DNA of 64,000 bases from the human T2T-CHM13v2.0 reference genome, Homo sapiens. This document shows, piece after piece, positions 41,091-54,910 of the stretch. Numbering within the stretch: the stretch's first letter is position 1; each line of letters starts with the position of its first letter. The stretch lies in NCBI RefSeq assembly GCF_009914755.1, contig NC_060928.1, one strand, 5' to 3'. The notes under the pieces are model-generated. The model was not told where the DNA came from, did not search any database, and saw only the letters and a list, made by a program, of their open reading frames with translations. The translations under genes and the position numbers were made by a program.

Positions 41091-41489
41091 AATCCTATCT
41101 TACATCCTTGCTGCCTACTTTTTTCCTTGCGTTGTGGCAGCAATCAGGTATGTGTAGGAGTGACTTGATAGCACCTGGTCACGGCTGCACAGAGCACTTC
41201 TTGGCTTCTAATCCAAGGATTTTCTGCCACTGATATTGGGAATCCTATGAGAATTCATTTGGAAGAATCTACTAACTGTACATTTTAAGTGCATGAATCA
41301 CAGTTTAAGGAACAGAAGGGAGAAATTTGGAATACTCTGTTTAAGGTACTCTACTACCCATGAAACAGTAAAGTGTTACTTGAGGATGGCCTCAAATTAG
41401 TTGGAAATAAATATTTCAGGATTTAGAGCAAGCATATTAGAGCAAGCATAATCATGCATATAGATAATGATATATATAATAATATGGTA

Positions 41490-43090
41490 AAAGATAAGAT
41501 AAATAGATAAAATAGAATCATAAAGTGCTCAATTAAAATTAGAACAGGCAGGAGGGGGCAGAAATAAAAAGCAAATGCAACTAACAGAAAACAGTTACAA
41601 AACAGAGTTCAGAACAAAGGAAGTAATCAAAAATAAAGAGGGATATTGCATAATTATAAAAGAATCATACTTAAAGACATAGCAATTCTAACATTGTATA
41701 CACATAACAGCAGAACATCCAAATATAAGAGGTAAACACAGATGAATAGAAGTAAGAAGCAAAGAAATCCACTTTTATTTGCAGACTTCAGTAGCTCTCC
41801 TTAAGTGATTGATAAGTAAAGCAGGTAAAAAAAATACATATATAGGTGACATGAACAGAATTGTAAATTAACCTAATCTAATTGACATTTATATAACACG
41901 ATGTCTAACACCACAGAATGCACATTCTTCTCATGCTTACATGGAACATTCGTCACGTTAGACTACCTTCAAGACCATAAAACGTACCTTAGTAAATTGC
42001 AAATAATAGAAACTATACAAAGTATGTTCTTAAGCCACAACAGAATCAAAGAATTAATAATAGAAAGGTAGCAGAATTCTAAATAATTTATGCAGCTACT
42101 ATGACCTCAAGGAGGTAAAGCATAATTCTTTACTTCTTAAGTCTCTGGAGTGCTCTTAATCACTTACTTCCAAAGAGTACAGTACATGACAAGGAGTAAA
42201 ACCAACTTTTAATAGATGCATCTGAAAAACACTACTTCAGCCATATGATCAAGGTTAACTTCAATAATGATAAGTCATGTTGATAGTATGTACTCCTGAT
42301 AGCATATAAGAGTGACACGTTACCTCTTTGATCCTGCTCCCCCAAAAAAACATGCCCTGAGTCTAATCATGAAAAAAATAAACAAAACCCCAGTTGAGGA
42401 ACAGTCCACCAAATACCTGGTCAGTACACCTCAAAATTGTCAAGGACATTAGTACAAATAAAGACTAAGAAACTCTCATGGCCAAGAGGAGCTTAAGACA
42501 TTGCAACTAGGGGCTAGGTATGGTGGCTTACTCCTGTAATATCAGCACTTTGGGAGGCCTAAGTGGGAGGATTGCTTGAGGCCAGGAGTTTGAGAACAGC
42601 CTGGGCAACTTATCAAAAAAGATAAAATTGACTATTTACCCCACACTGATAGCTAATAGTCTTTATGTACATTATGACCAGGAAACTGCACTCAGGTTTG
42701 ATTTAGAAGGTAGCAGTGATATGTAACACAGCCTTCTGCAGTTGTGTGGGTGATAAGTGAATGAAAAAAGTTTTCATCTCTACAAATAAGTTGGAAGTGG
42801 GAAACTAGGCAGCAAACAAACAACAACAAAAGATATGACAACTAAATGTAATGTGTCTCCTACATAGGATGTTAGAACAGAAAAATGACATTAGGCAGAA
42901 ACTAATGAATTCTGAATACAATTTGGATATTAGGTAATAACTTATCAATATTAATTCACTAGTTATAAGACATGGCATACATCAAATACTAATGATAGGA
43001 GAAATGATTGTGGAATCTATGAGAACTCTCTACACTCATTTCTTCATTGATCTGTAATTCCACAACTGTTCTAAAACAAAAGTTCATTGA
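41490..43090 (+). mobile_element. L1MC/L1MD-type fragments (endonuclease region joined to 3'UTR)
   Basis: ATCTAATTGACATTTATATAACA...CACATTCTTCTCA; TGATCAAGGTTAAC...GTCATGTTGATAGTATGTAC; GACAACTAAATGTAATGTG...AGAACTCTCT. Confidence 0.75.
42511..42612 (+). mobile_element. FLAM/Alu left monomer
   Basis: GGCTAGGTATGGTGGCTTACTCCTGTAAT...GGAGGATTGCTTGAGGCCAGGAGTTTGAGAACAGCCTGGGCAAC. Confidence 0.88.
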
Positions 43091-43674
43091 AAATATGAGT
43101 CAGATCAGTGACACCAAGAACTTATGTGTCACTTACCAGTAGAACCTACTCTATAGATATGTGGCTTAGTAAGTCCGGGCATTGATGCATCTTCTACAGT
43201 TTGAAAATTACTTATGCAATGGTGTTTTGTTTAATGTTTCTTACACCGGTGTATCAACAACTGCTCAGTGAGGGACACATAGTTGTTCAGAGTATCACAA
43301 TCAGAAATAGATTTACTACAAGTAACGGAGTTCTTACAAAATCATTGGCAGAATAGAGAATAAGCCTCTGCACTTTGAGTTTCAAGTCACATAATTGCAG
43401 CTGTAATCCAGTGGTCATGAGACAGATGTTACCCTTATTAGCATCTCTCACCCAAGAGGTTGGAAACTAGGCAGCAGATTGTGGGGTCCACTATGGCTCA
43501 AACACTCATGCTTGTCAGAACATGCTTCTCACCCGCACAACTGCAGAAGTCTGTGTTATGTATCACTGCTGCCTTCTAAATCAAACCTAAGTCCAGTTAG
43601 TTTCCTGGTCATAATGTACATAAAGATTATTAGCTATAAATGATGGATAAGTAGTCAATTTTACCATTTTTGCT

Positions 43675-44022
43675 TTGTTTTAAATAGACTTTATTTTTTA
43701 GAGCTGTTCTAGGTCCATAGCAATATTGAGAGGAAGACATAAACATTTCCCATATAGTCCCTGACTTCCCATAGATGCAGTCTCCTCCACTGTGAACGTC
43801 CTCCACCAGAGTGGGGACATTTGTTACTATCTACTATATGAGCGTTGACAATCTCTTATTACGCAAAGTCTATCGTTTACACTAGGGTTCACTCTTGGTG
43901 TGGTATATTCTATGGGTTTTAAGAAATGTTTAATGACAAGTATCCACCAGTATAGTATCACACAAAATAGTTTCATTTCCCTAAAATCCCTGTCTATGCT
44001 CTGTCTATTCTTCCATTTCCCT
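43675..44022 (-). mobile_element. L1MC1-like 3' end
   Basis: AATAGACTTTATTTTTTAGAGC...CACCAGAGTGG..CATTTGTTAC...AGGGTTCACTCTTGGTG. Confidence 0.8.
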
Positions 44023-44134
44023 CATGTTAGCTCTTTAAATTATCTTTTAAAGGAGATTATAAAAAATTATCTATCCAAATAAAAAATTATCTTAAGTGTT
44101 CACATCATGAATGTAATAGATATAATCATTTTAT

Positions 44135-44370
44135 ATTTACCTTATATTGCTGCATAACAAATTACTAGGACCTTATCAGCATAAAAAGTTATTATCTCAC
44201 AGATTCTGTGGCAGGAATGTGAGCACAGCTTAGGTACTTTCTCTGCTCAGGGTTTCACAAGAATGTGATCAATGTCATGGGGCTCTGCATTCTCATCTGG
44301 AGGACTATTGTAGGTATGAACACCAGGGGGCAGGAATCATGGGGACCACATTAGGTCTGTCAACTGTACC
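44135..44370 (-). mobile_element. MLT1D/E-type LTR, internally deleted
   Basis: TTGCTGCATAACAAATTAC...TTATTATCTCACAG.TTCTGTGG...ACCAGGGGGCAGGAATCATGGGGACCA. Confidence 0.7.
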
Positions 44371-44409
44371 CAGGGATAATAAATGTGTAGGTTTATTTGT
44401 GGTTGGAAT

Positions 44410-44580
44410 CCTAGGCTTTCGGGCAGGATACACTTGGGTTAGAGTCTTGGCTCTGTCTACTGTTAATTTGTAAAGTTGGTATATCACTTTCCGTCTATAA
44501 ATGGCCATCCTTTCACACATAAAAGGTGGATAATAGTAAGAGCTACCTCAGAGGGATGACTGTGTGAGATAATCCAACTG
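44410..44580 (+). mobile_element. MIR SINE
   Basis: CTTGGGTTAGAGTCTTGGCTCTG...TAAAAGGTGGATAATAGTAAGAGCTACCTCAGAGGG. Confidence 0.6.
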
Positions 44581-45974
44581 TTGGCTATTAACATCATACC
44601 TACGATTTAGATGTCTAACTCTATCTACTGTAAGATCCCAATGCCAGGCTCAAATTTGTAAAAGGGGATTTGATTATACTAGACCTATAAATACATTATT
44701 TCAGTGGAACCTAGCAAGAATTTTCTTGTACTCTTTCAACTTTGGTATGCTTTGGTATCAGCTCCTAAATGAGATAATTTTACCAATCCACATATTTTCC
44801 TGCTAACTCCTCCAGGCACTGTTTGAGGTTTATTCTAATGTTTTGTCTTTCCCCCCCAATTACAATTTCTTCTTTCCACCTGCCTCCAGAATTCAACTCT
44901 TTATAGCAGCAGTTAAATATTTATAAAGCTTAAGCTACATACTTCCTTTCAAAAATACTGCAGCATAAAATTGAAAAGTAAAACTAAAAATCTAGTGATA
45001 GCACCAAGAACAAATATGTTAACTTATTGAATTCTGAAGAGCACAAAGAAATTTTAGAAAACTGTGCTCTTCAGGCCCTTTTCTCAAATTATGGCAGGAC
45101 TAGTTCTTTTTCTCATACTTTTCAAATCTATTTTGAAAATGAGACAGAAAAAATAAACCTTAACAATTTCAAAAGCCACAAACTCGATAGTAAAACCCAA
45201 CTGGAATTTCAGAGTTGAAAAGCTTCCTTTCTAATGGTCCAGAATCAGGAGAAAAGTGGGGAAATAGAACTGGCATTTGTTGAGAGTTAGTCATGTATGT
45301 ATGAGCCACTTTCTATAACTTTTATTATATTTAATATAATTATAATTATTATGTCATTAAGTGCTTACATTTAATCTTTTCACTTCATGAAATGTGTTAG
45401 TTGTAGGGAAAGGGGAAAGTTCTAAAACATAGAATCAACTTCCCAATTCTATTTTATAAACTTAATCTTTTTTAAATCCTAGATTGATGTTTATCAAAAA
45501 AAAACACAAATAAACCCATTATTTGTCCAATGTCTATTACATCTACCAACAATGTTTAAGCTGGACTCTGACAGACACACACATACACAATACACATACA
45601 CCTGCACATATACATGGACACATTACTCCCATAATAAAATTGTGGAGTGTTTTATCAAAGAAAGACAGGACATGAGAGATACTGACTTTAGTGTAGGAAG
45701 CCTACTATATGAAAAATATCCAATAGGTAGTTTGAAGAGCAGCTGAATCTGATTGAGAAGTTTTCTCAATTAGCTCGGAGAGAGTAAGGGCAGACACACA
45801 AGCTTTGCTATTCTTGCCAAATCATGAGTCTGCAGGGCTACTAATGTCAAATGATGCCATTATAAATTGAACAGTGGCATCACCAACTCGCCAATTTATG
45901 TATACCTGTGAGGTTATATCCACCTTGAAGAAATAATTTTTAGTTTGCATAAAAATACCTACGGGATAGCAGTA

Positions 45975-46329
45975 TGTATTAGTTAATTCTCATACTGCTA
46001 TAAGGACATATCAGAGACTGGGTAATTTACAAAGGAAAGAGGTTTAATAGACTCACAGTTCCACATGGCTGGGGAGTCATCACAATCATGGCAGAAGAAG
46101 AAAGGAGGAGCAAAGGCCTGTCTTACATAGTGGCAGACGGGAGAGTTTGTGCAAGGGAAGTCCCATTTATAAAACCATTAGATCCCATGAGACTTATTCA
46201 CTACCAGGAGAACAGCATGGGGAAAACTCCCCCATGATTCAATTATCTCCACCTAGCCCCATCCTTGACACCTGGGGATTATTACAATTCAAAGTGAGAT
46301 TTGGGTGGAGACACAGCCAAACTACATCA
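45975..46329 (-). mobile_element. THE1B/C MaLR solo LTR
   Basis: TGTATTAG...GAGACTGGGTAATTTA...GACACAGCCAAAC.ACATCA; near-TSD CAGTA/CAGTT. Confidence 0.92.
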
Positions 46330-47432
46330 CAGTTGCACAAGCAGTTTTTTTTGTTGTTGTTGTTTGTTTGTTTTATGTGAGGTTAAATTAATCTTTCCCT
46401 TGTCTTCGAACAAAATCTTCCTTAAGTTTTCTACTAGCAATCTGTGATTTTGGAAAGAGATTGTGTTATTGAAGATGTGAAGAATGACATAAAAAGAAAT
46501 GAATCTGTCCTCAAGATTTCTGCATGACTAAAGGAGATAATGCATAAAATTATCCAACATAATCTGGGTTACCATTGCCAATTTCTTAGGTTGACATTCA
46601 AAGTTTAAAGAATATGATCATATTTACATCTTATGAATTCCAGATTTAAGAAAACACTTACTGTGTTGCCAAAGATCCACATTTCCTGGCGCCTTTGTTT
46701 TTGCCTGTGATTTACAGTAATAATCAGCAATATTCTTTGTCCCTGCCAAAAATTTTCACCTATCAAAACCTGTGCATTACTTTAAAACTATCTCAAATTA
46801 ATATGCTATTACCCACCTAGCTTATATTAGATTCCTTCCTCTGGGCTCTCAGAGTACCCAGTGTAATTCCTTTCTACTGTAATCATCTCTTTTTGTGTGT
46901 TTGTTTCCCTTACTAGATTGTGAATAACTTGGACGTAGAAAGTCATGTTTGCACTTTAAATATCTAATTGAATATTTATGGAATACTTTTGAACAAAAAT
47001 ACATCATTCCAACTTCTGTGGTCTACAAAAAAAAGAGAAATTATCCCTAATAATCATTTACCTGCTTTTATATTCCTTTCCCTTCTCACAGGATAAGAAA
47101 AAGCTGCCACTGGTACCTTAAACATTGGTCCCTGCTACTTGATTAAATGTAGCTAAAGCATTAAAACTCTTTTTAAATAAGCCATCTTCATGGCTCTTGA
47201 AAGACATCTGCTATGACTATTTTTTCCAGAATTAAACTCTTAACTTTCTCTCATGTTGTGTTTTAATTTCTACATTGAGAAGGCAGAATGTCAACCACAC
47301 CATTTTTCCCTCACAGTAAGTGTTATGAGCCAATCGATGAGAGATAAAGCTGAAAATATTTGCAAAAACTAACTCTCGCTAACTATCAAGAGCTCCCCTA
47401 TCTGCCACCCTATAGAAAAGTGGTTGAGAATG

Positions 47433-47785
<353 letters not shown>

Positions 47786-47996
47786 TCAAGCACAAAATAA
47801 TTTGATTTTAGATAATAAAATTGTTTTACCTTTTATATTTATTAATTTCATACTATTAAAGTGCAAGGAAATTTAATCATAGAACTTTAATGTATTACCA
47901 GAAAATTCACGGTGGGTAAGACATTATCTTCAAAGTGGGGCATCTTATAGTTAAAATTCTATTATTGAAATATATTTGGTATATTATAAGATCTCA

Positions 47997-48156
47997 TTGC
48001 AAAATCTCTGATGGGCTGTAATGGCACAGAAAATAACTTAAAAACTGATTTTAAGATTAGTTAGAGTAGTTTTGATGCTATTTAAAAAATACTGCACTTA
48101 CATTTCATACTGCACTTACATTTCAAAACTTTTAGGAGGTAAAATTTACACAATCC
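47997..48156. repeat. Dispersed direct repeat, copy 1 (copy 2 at 51377-51520)
   Basis: Shared TTGCAAA..CTCTGATG...CAGAAAAT...TGCTATTT...ATACTGCACTTACATTT...GGAGGTAAAATTTACACA. Confidence 0.88.
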
Positions 48157-50631
48157 ACGAGGGGGTCCAAGAGGATCCAGAAAGGAGCAAAATTGATGCC
48201 GAAGAAAGGTTCATGAAGGTGGGGGCAGGGTTATCCTCATAGACAACCCTAACTGATAGGGTTGATAACCCTAATTGATCACCTCAATTATAACCCTAAT
48301 TGCTCTCCTCAATTATGCCTCTGACTGACTGCAGGTTTGAAGGCTAAGCCCAGGCATTTAAGAGCAAAGAGCTAGGGGACATCGACTATATTCCTTTCAC
48401 CCATGTTGAGGTACAGCCAAAGCAGGACACTCATGGCCTTTTTGTATACATCAGTTACATGGAGTCTGATGATTGGATGGACTCACAAAACTTCTCAGGG
48501 TGTGTTCATGTAAGACTTTGATGGTGTAAAAGATATGGTGGCATGGGAGAAGGAAAGCACAGGCAACATCAAGGGACCTAAGATCTCCAGGTATGACTCC
48601 CCAGGGTTCCTGCTCAGTCACACAGATTTTCACCTGCCATACCTTTTTGTTTCCTTAACGAGTATCATACTCTGGTGAACAAAACAAAAATGCCATTCTT
48701 TGAGTTTCCTGAAACCCCAACAGAGTGATGAAGTTTTTTTTTTTTCTATTAACTAACTTTAATCTGTCATGTCTGATATATTGCATTTTGCCTTTTACAC
48801 TGATCTGGGTGATTCTAATTGTTATAAATTTGCAATGTCCTTTTGTGCAGTGATGCTCTGTTATTGTGCCTTCCCCTTGGAAGGAAGTAAATAAGCCAAT
48901 TAACCTGAAATACTACTCAGCTTTCTTAAGCTAACATCATGAATTTTGAATATTTATATGGTCAGCAAGTCTGTTGGAGGTCACAGTGAAATTGACACAC
49001 GGACTACTAATACAATTTTTAAATTACATTATAATGAAGTGTTTGTTTTTTTTTCATTATTTTGGGGTCAAATGAAAGACACACCATAGACAAATAATTA
49101 AAGCAATCTTAAACACATTTGTAAAATAGATTATTACTTCCCACGTTTTCCAATGCATTTTCAAATGTACTTCTAGCCTTTCATCACCCTAAAGATATAT
49201 GAATATATAATTTAAAACTGTATTTGTTTGTCAATCCTCAGAATGTCATAGCTTCAATATTTGAGCGAGATTGGTTGCATTTGTTATCTATATTTATTAT
49301 GCAATGATTTTAGGGGAAAATTTCAATAACAGGTCAATGAAATAAATATATCACTAAAACTTTATTTTTCTTATGTAATAAATGAATTTCATTTTCAGAT
49401 GAATCCATCAAGCTTAGTATAAAAATGAGTAGCTCCATGGAATGTAATACAAATGTAGTAGCATGCCGTTTCCAACCCTCTTGAACTAATGAGGCATTTC
49501 ACAGAACTGTTCTAGTAACAAGAGACCCATGAAGAGGGTCAAGATCTTTGTGATCATTGTTTGACAAGGCAGAAAGCTTAAAGGGTTTGTTCTTTTTTAT
49601 CAACCACACTTTAAACTTTAGACCTGCTTTGTTTATCTACTCTCCTCTGTATTTGCTTTCTCTACTGAAGCCTCATATGTATTTCCTTGGGAAATAAAAA
49701 ATGAGAACTAAGGGGTGATTCTCAGCAATTATATCTACATGACCCAGTTTTCCCCGCTAGGCATTCTTGATCTCATGGCAAATTCCACTTCTCTCATTTT
49801 TCCCATAGATGTATCCTACACCAACATCTTTGCTTATAAGACAAACTGCAAATTGCCATAAGCGTAGATTCTAAGAAATTGAAAGTAACTTTTAAAGTCT
49901 GAAATTCACTATTTCCAAGTATAATCAATTTTATATTATAAGCTAAAGTATGTTATGTATAGAATAAATGATAAAATATGGGTTGGACTATTCAGAATCA
50001 TGCTATTTCTAATGTTCATGTTCCAAAGATATGTAATATTCAAATAACTTAGAAAAATACAATTTCCACAAAGGGTACAGTGAACAGAGCCTCTGCCCCT
50101 AATTCCTGTTTTCTTTCCTGTTGTGAAAATCTAGAAAAGTTACAATGAATTTCAAAGGTTCTTTCCTCTGCCTTTTTCTACTTATTCTAGGATGAAGCAA
50201 AAGAGTTTAGCTGAGAAGCAGAGTTTCTGCTTTTTATTTTCAGTGTTCATCTAGGACATACTTTTGATCCCCCTGAAAGTACCAGTATCAAAGATTCTTC
50301 TCTGTAAGAAGACAACATACCTGGGTACCATGTATGAAAAATATTATTGCTGTAAGGAATATAATGTTTTTGAAATTTATTTCAGTTTGTTCCTCTTTTC
50401 AGTAATGTTTCCTTTACCACATGCCACCCTCTTCAGAAACTACCACAATGGCCTCCTCCCTTTATAGCAAAACATTCTAAAATTATGTCCTACTGTTTCT
50501 GCTTGTTTCCTACATCATTTTCCCTATACACACACTCCTATTAGGCTTCAACCCCCATCACGTGCTGAGAGTGTTATTGTCAAGTACAGCTACGACATCC
50601 ATGCTACAATCCAATGCCATTTTTATGTACT

Positions 50632-51125
50632 GCATCACTCAGGGTTGAAACAGAAAACAGATAATGTAATAAAACTAGTGTAACTCAAGGAAAGTTGAGT
50701 ACTAGGTGTATTTACAACTTGTAGGAAAAGTCTAGAGAAACCATAGGGATCATATAGCACCTAAGATCAATTAACATTGGGAATTTTATTGACCCTAATC
50801 CCAGAATGAGGAAGGAAGATGGACTTACTAATCAAAAAGAAAATTTTCATGGAAAAGGGACCACTTCCAAAGGAGCTACGTCCTCTAGTAGAGAAACTTA
50901 GCCAGTCCAAGGCAAGCCCTTCAGAAGTGAGATAGGGGAATAAACACTGAATTTCCTTGCCTCTCTCTATCAAATGTCATGCTGAAGATTCCAGTTAGCT
51001 GAGTCGAAAGAAGCCAGAGATCAAGGACGATGATGATTAAGCCACCATCTCACCTTCCTGGGATAGAATGGAGGCAGGAGAAGGATGGAGAGTGGATCTG
51101 GAAGGTTATAGAGAGAATATCTTGA
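50632..51125 (-). mobile_element. LTR33/LTR41-like ERVL LTR
   Basis: CAGGGTT..AACAGAAAACAGAT...GAAGCCAGAG..CAAGG...GGAGAAGGATGGAGAGTGGATCTGGA. Confidence 0.65.
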
Positions 51126-51376
51126 ATCCATCCCCTTATCTCAATAGCTGGCCACTCCCTGCTTCCTGAAGTGCTTTCCCCCATTGTCTTCCACACCACC
51201 ACCTCTTCTTGGGGTTCCTCTTAGGACACTAACCACTCCATCTCCTACTCTACTCAATTTTTAAATGTATTTTTCCAGGCCTTCTCTTTCCATATGACCT
51301 CAATTTTATAACAGCTTTAAATAGTAAAGTTGCTGGTAAGTCTCAATTATGGCCTCAACCTAGAATTGTTTTGAGT

Positions 51377-51520
51377 TGCAAATCCTCTGATGAGATATAA
51401 AAACCCAGAAAATCATGTAAAAATAAATTTTGAGGTTAGAATGGTTTTGGTGCTATTTTTAAAAATACACATACTGCACTTACATTTAAAAGCCTTCTGG
51501 AGGTAAAATTTACACAGCCC
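51377..51520. repeat. Dispersed direct repeat, copy 2
   Basis: See 47997-48156. Confidence 0.88.
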
Positions 51521-52194
51521 TCAACGTTATGTATTAAAGTGGCTTCTTGATATCTCTGTTGAATGGATGTCTTAGAGGAAACCTCCAATTTGACATACAA
51601 AGTAGAGCAAGCCCCACCTTCTCTCCTCCCTCCCACCTTCTCTCCTCCCACCTCTGACCAAATACCATTGTTCTAACCTTTCCTATCTTTGTAAATAGAA
51701 TCATAATCTACCTACCTGTTCAATCCAAAACTGTAGAATCTCTCTTAACATTCTTCTTTGCTCTCCTGCATTGTAACTAATCCACAAAAATGTCCTGTGG
51801 ACTCTACCCAAAAAATAGCCCTCAAGTATCCTCTTCTCTCCATATGTCACCATTTATGATACACATTTCAATATAGCTATACAATAGATCTGTCTGCTAG
51901 CTCTCTTTGCCCTTCTACACTCTCTCCATAAAATTCCAAAAAAGCCCAGGGTGACCTTTAAAAAATATAAATCGGATCATGTCACATCTCTACTTGAAAT
52001 CTTCCAAAACTTTCCCTTTCCATGTGAACACAAATCCAAATGTTTTCATTGTGGTAAAAATCCCTGTTGACTTGGTGCCTGCTCTGCCTGCTGAGCTGTT
52101 TGACCTAATCTGTTCTTCTCCCAGCATTTTATTTTTTACACTGACACACAATATTTATGCATTTATGCTCTTCTTGCTTCATGAGCCTTATCTT

Positions 52195-52812
52195 TATTTT
52201 TATTTTATTCTATTTTAAATTGACATATTATAATTGTACATATTTGCAGGGTACAAAGTGATATGATACATGTATACAATGTTTAATAATCAAATACAGT
52301 AGATATATATATCTATATGTAACTAGCATATCTGTCACATCAAACGTTTAGTTTTTTTGTGTGTTAGGAACAGGCAAAATACTCTCTTCTAGCTATTTGA
52401 AAATGTACAATAAATTAACTATTATCACCCTATAGTGCTATATGAGAACTTAGTCCTCCTATTTAGAGGTAATTTTTTGTATGTTAACCAACTTCACCCA
52501 TCCCCCCAACAGTCTTCCCACCTTTAGTAACCACAATTTTACTTTCTGCTTCTATAAGTTCATTTTTTTTTTTAGTTCCTACCTATGAGTGGGAACATGT
52601 GGTATTTATCTTTCTGTGCCTGACTTATTTTACTTAACATAATGTCCTCCAGGTTCAAGTTCAACTATGTTGCCACAGACGACAGGATTTCATTATTTTT
52701 ATGGCTCAGTAGTATTCCATTGTAGATATACATAAATATCTCCCATAGTTTCTTTATCCATTCATCTGATGATGGACCCTTTGGCTGATTCCATATCTCA
52801 GCTATTGTGACT
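52195..52812 (-). mobile_element. L1MA4/5-like 3' end
   Basis: TTGACATATTATAATTGTACATATTT...CTCTTCTAGCTATTTGAAAAT.TACAATAAATT...GAACATGTGGTATTTATCTTTCTGTGCCTGACTTATTT. Confidence 0.85.
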
Positions 52813-53934
52813 AGAAAAGAAGTCTATAGAGATACTTCTTTTTTAAAATCTGATTTTATTTTTACAAAGAAGCAAAATCTTTCCTTGTGTTCATGAATAT
52901 GTCAGTATTTATCACTCAAATTGGTATAGTGAAGCTAGGAAGTGTGAGATATACTCCAAAGGTAACTTCTGAGATAAATTGGGGATCTAAAAGTCAGAGA
53001 TAATAAAGTTTGTTTCTATGGTTCGTAATTTCTTTGGGTGAATATTCCTGTTCTGAATTAGGGAAGACTTGCTTGAATGACAAATAATTGCTCTGCCAAC
53101 CACTTCTATGTATCATAAACCCCCCAAATGGTATCACATGCAGAAACGAATTTTTAAATTTATGCAGTAGGATTGTTCCTGAGCTGAATGATGTGCTTTG
53201 TTATTCCTGATGTCTCAGTTTTGATATATCTTATTATTAGAAATTATTTCATTTACGCTATTATTATTTTATATTGGAATTTATTTTTCCTATTCAAAAT
53301 TGCAATATCCTGGTACATTTTATTATTTAGAAACATTATTCTCATAATCCAAATAATAAATTGCATCTTAACACCAAAATTAACCTTATTCTGTGAAGTT
53401 ATCGTTTCTTTATTCCTCTAAAAGTGACAATATGTTATAAATAATGAAGTGTAAATCCCATTTGGGTCATAGTTTCAGATGTCAAGAGATGTGAAGAGAC
53501 AAAAAGTGAGACTAACAACAGGAAGTCTCTGTGTATCTTTTCATCTTCTAGCCTGTCAAAAACATGGAAGTTTGTGCTCAACACAATGTCTATAATTATA
53601 GTTCTAGATGCCAAAAAGAGTTACTGTGTCTGTTAAAAAGATAATTACAGCTACTTTACAATTCAAATCTATGTTCAGTTACCTTGTGAAATCTAAATGA
53701 ATGCTAATCTGACCTTATGTTTCTAAAAGGCACTATATTTTTTAACACTATTTTAAAAATTGAGGGTGACAAATACTTTCACATCTTCAAAACGGTTACA
53801 CATTAAACAAGCACTTCAACTATCACCTTGAACATAGTGAAAAGTTTTAGCAACCATAAAATTCATCTCTCAGAAGCCCTTAACATTTTCACTTACTTCA
53901 GATATGACTATTTACTCGACAGTTCAAATGTGGG

Positions 53935-54910
53935 TATCTGTAGCAGTGAGGATCTAGACAGAAAACAGATGGCACACTCAAACTGAGTAATTCAAGATAG
54001 TCTAATAAAGGTGGTATTTAAAAGGGTGAATCTGGGAAACTAGCAAGGGATAGTGAAGTTCCCTATGCTGGCAAGAGCTGGAAGCCTTTACTTCCTGTAG
54101 GTCTTGTACAGCAGGTTCACTGTACACTGTTTACCACATGCCCAAGTCTGATGAGATGAAACATCTACATATAAAACAAATTAAATGAAGTAGATTTATT
54201 ACTTAGATAGGCAGCAAGGGACAGCAGAAGCCTAGGATTCAAAATGAACTTGTCCCTCAAATATCAGGAAAGCTGTCTGGGGTAGATGTAGTCCTATCTG
54301 CAGGTGCTCCACTTGCACTAGAGATTAGGAGCCCCGGAAAGCAGCCCACACCTGGTTTTGTACCCTGGGAAAATGTGACTTGCTTGATTAAAGGACTGAA
54401 GTCTGTTCTAAGAACATCCTATTATAGGAGACTCTGGAACTCAGACCAAGTTGTTCCAGAAAGCTCCTCCTTATCTCAGGATGTTGCATTTCTAGAACAT
54501 TCAACAGTTATTCTTCAGAATTACAAGAAAGAAAGGAAGGAGAAATGGGCTGGTCCAAGAATACTTGGAGAACTGTCTTGCAGGACTAAATGGATGTGGA
54601 GAGGAAGTAGTTATCCGAACCAGAAGAGTGAGATCTGTTTTTAGAGTCTCAGCGAAAGGAGTGTGGCTTTCAATAAAGAGATCACATAATTTCCTGTGAC
54701 CTGGCAAAAAAAGAAAAGTAGTCAAAATAATGCATATCCTATGTGCCGTCAACTTTTATTTTTAATCCTCTTTATGCCAAATCCACTAGGAAGCCATAGG
54801 TTAAGGGTGTGAATTGATACAATGCACACATGCCACCCTTCTGAGGCACAGAGCAGAATTAGGCAGAGTAGACAATGGAACCAGAGGAGGAAAAATAAAA
54901 TGCATGGGGC
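53935..54910 (-). mobile_element. LTR33/LTR41-like LTR with a nested second LTR (~54097-54585, MER76-like)
   Basis: CAGAAAACAGATGGCACACTCAAACTG...GGCACAGAGCAG; inner GCAGGTTCACTGT.CACTG.TTACCA...TTTATTACTTA..GATAGGCAGCAAGGGACA.CAGAAGCCTAGGATTC. Confidence 0.6.

Larger units (their letters stand above)
50520..52190 (+). mobile_element. L2, interrupted by an LTR and the copied segment
   Basis: TTAGGCTTCAACCCCCATCAC...; GGATGTCTTAGAGG..ACCTC; AAAATATAAATCGGATCATGTCAC...AAATCCAAATG. Confidence 0.7.

Noticed and set aside
50161-50200. Strong isolated splice acceptor
   Set aside because: No convincing partner donor or reading frame; expected by chance in T-rich DNA.
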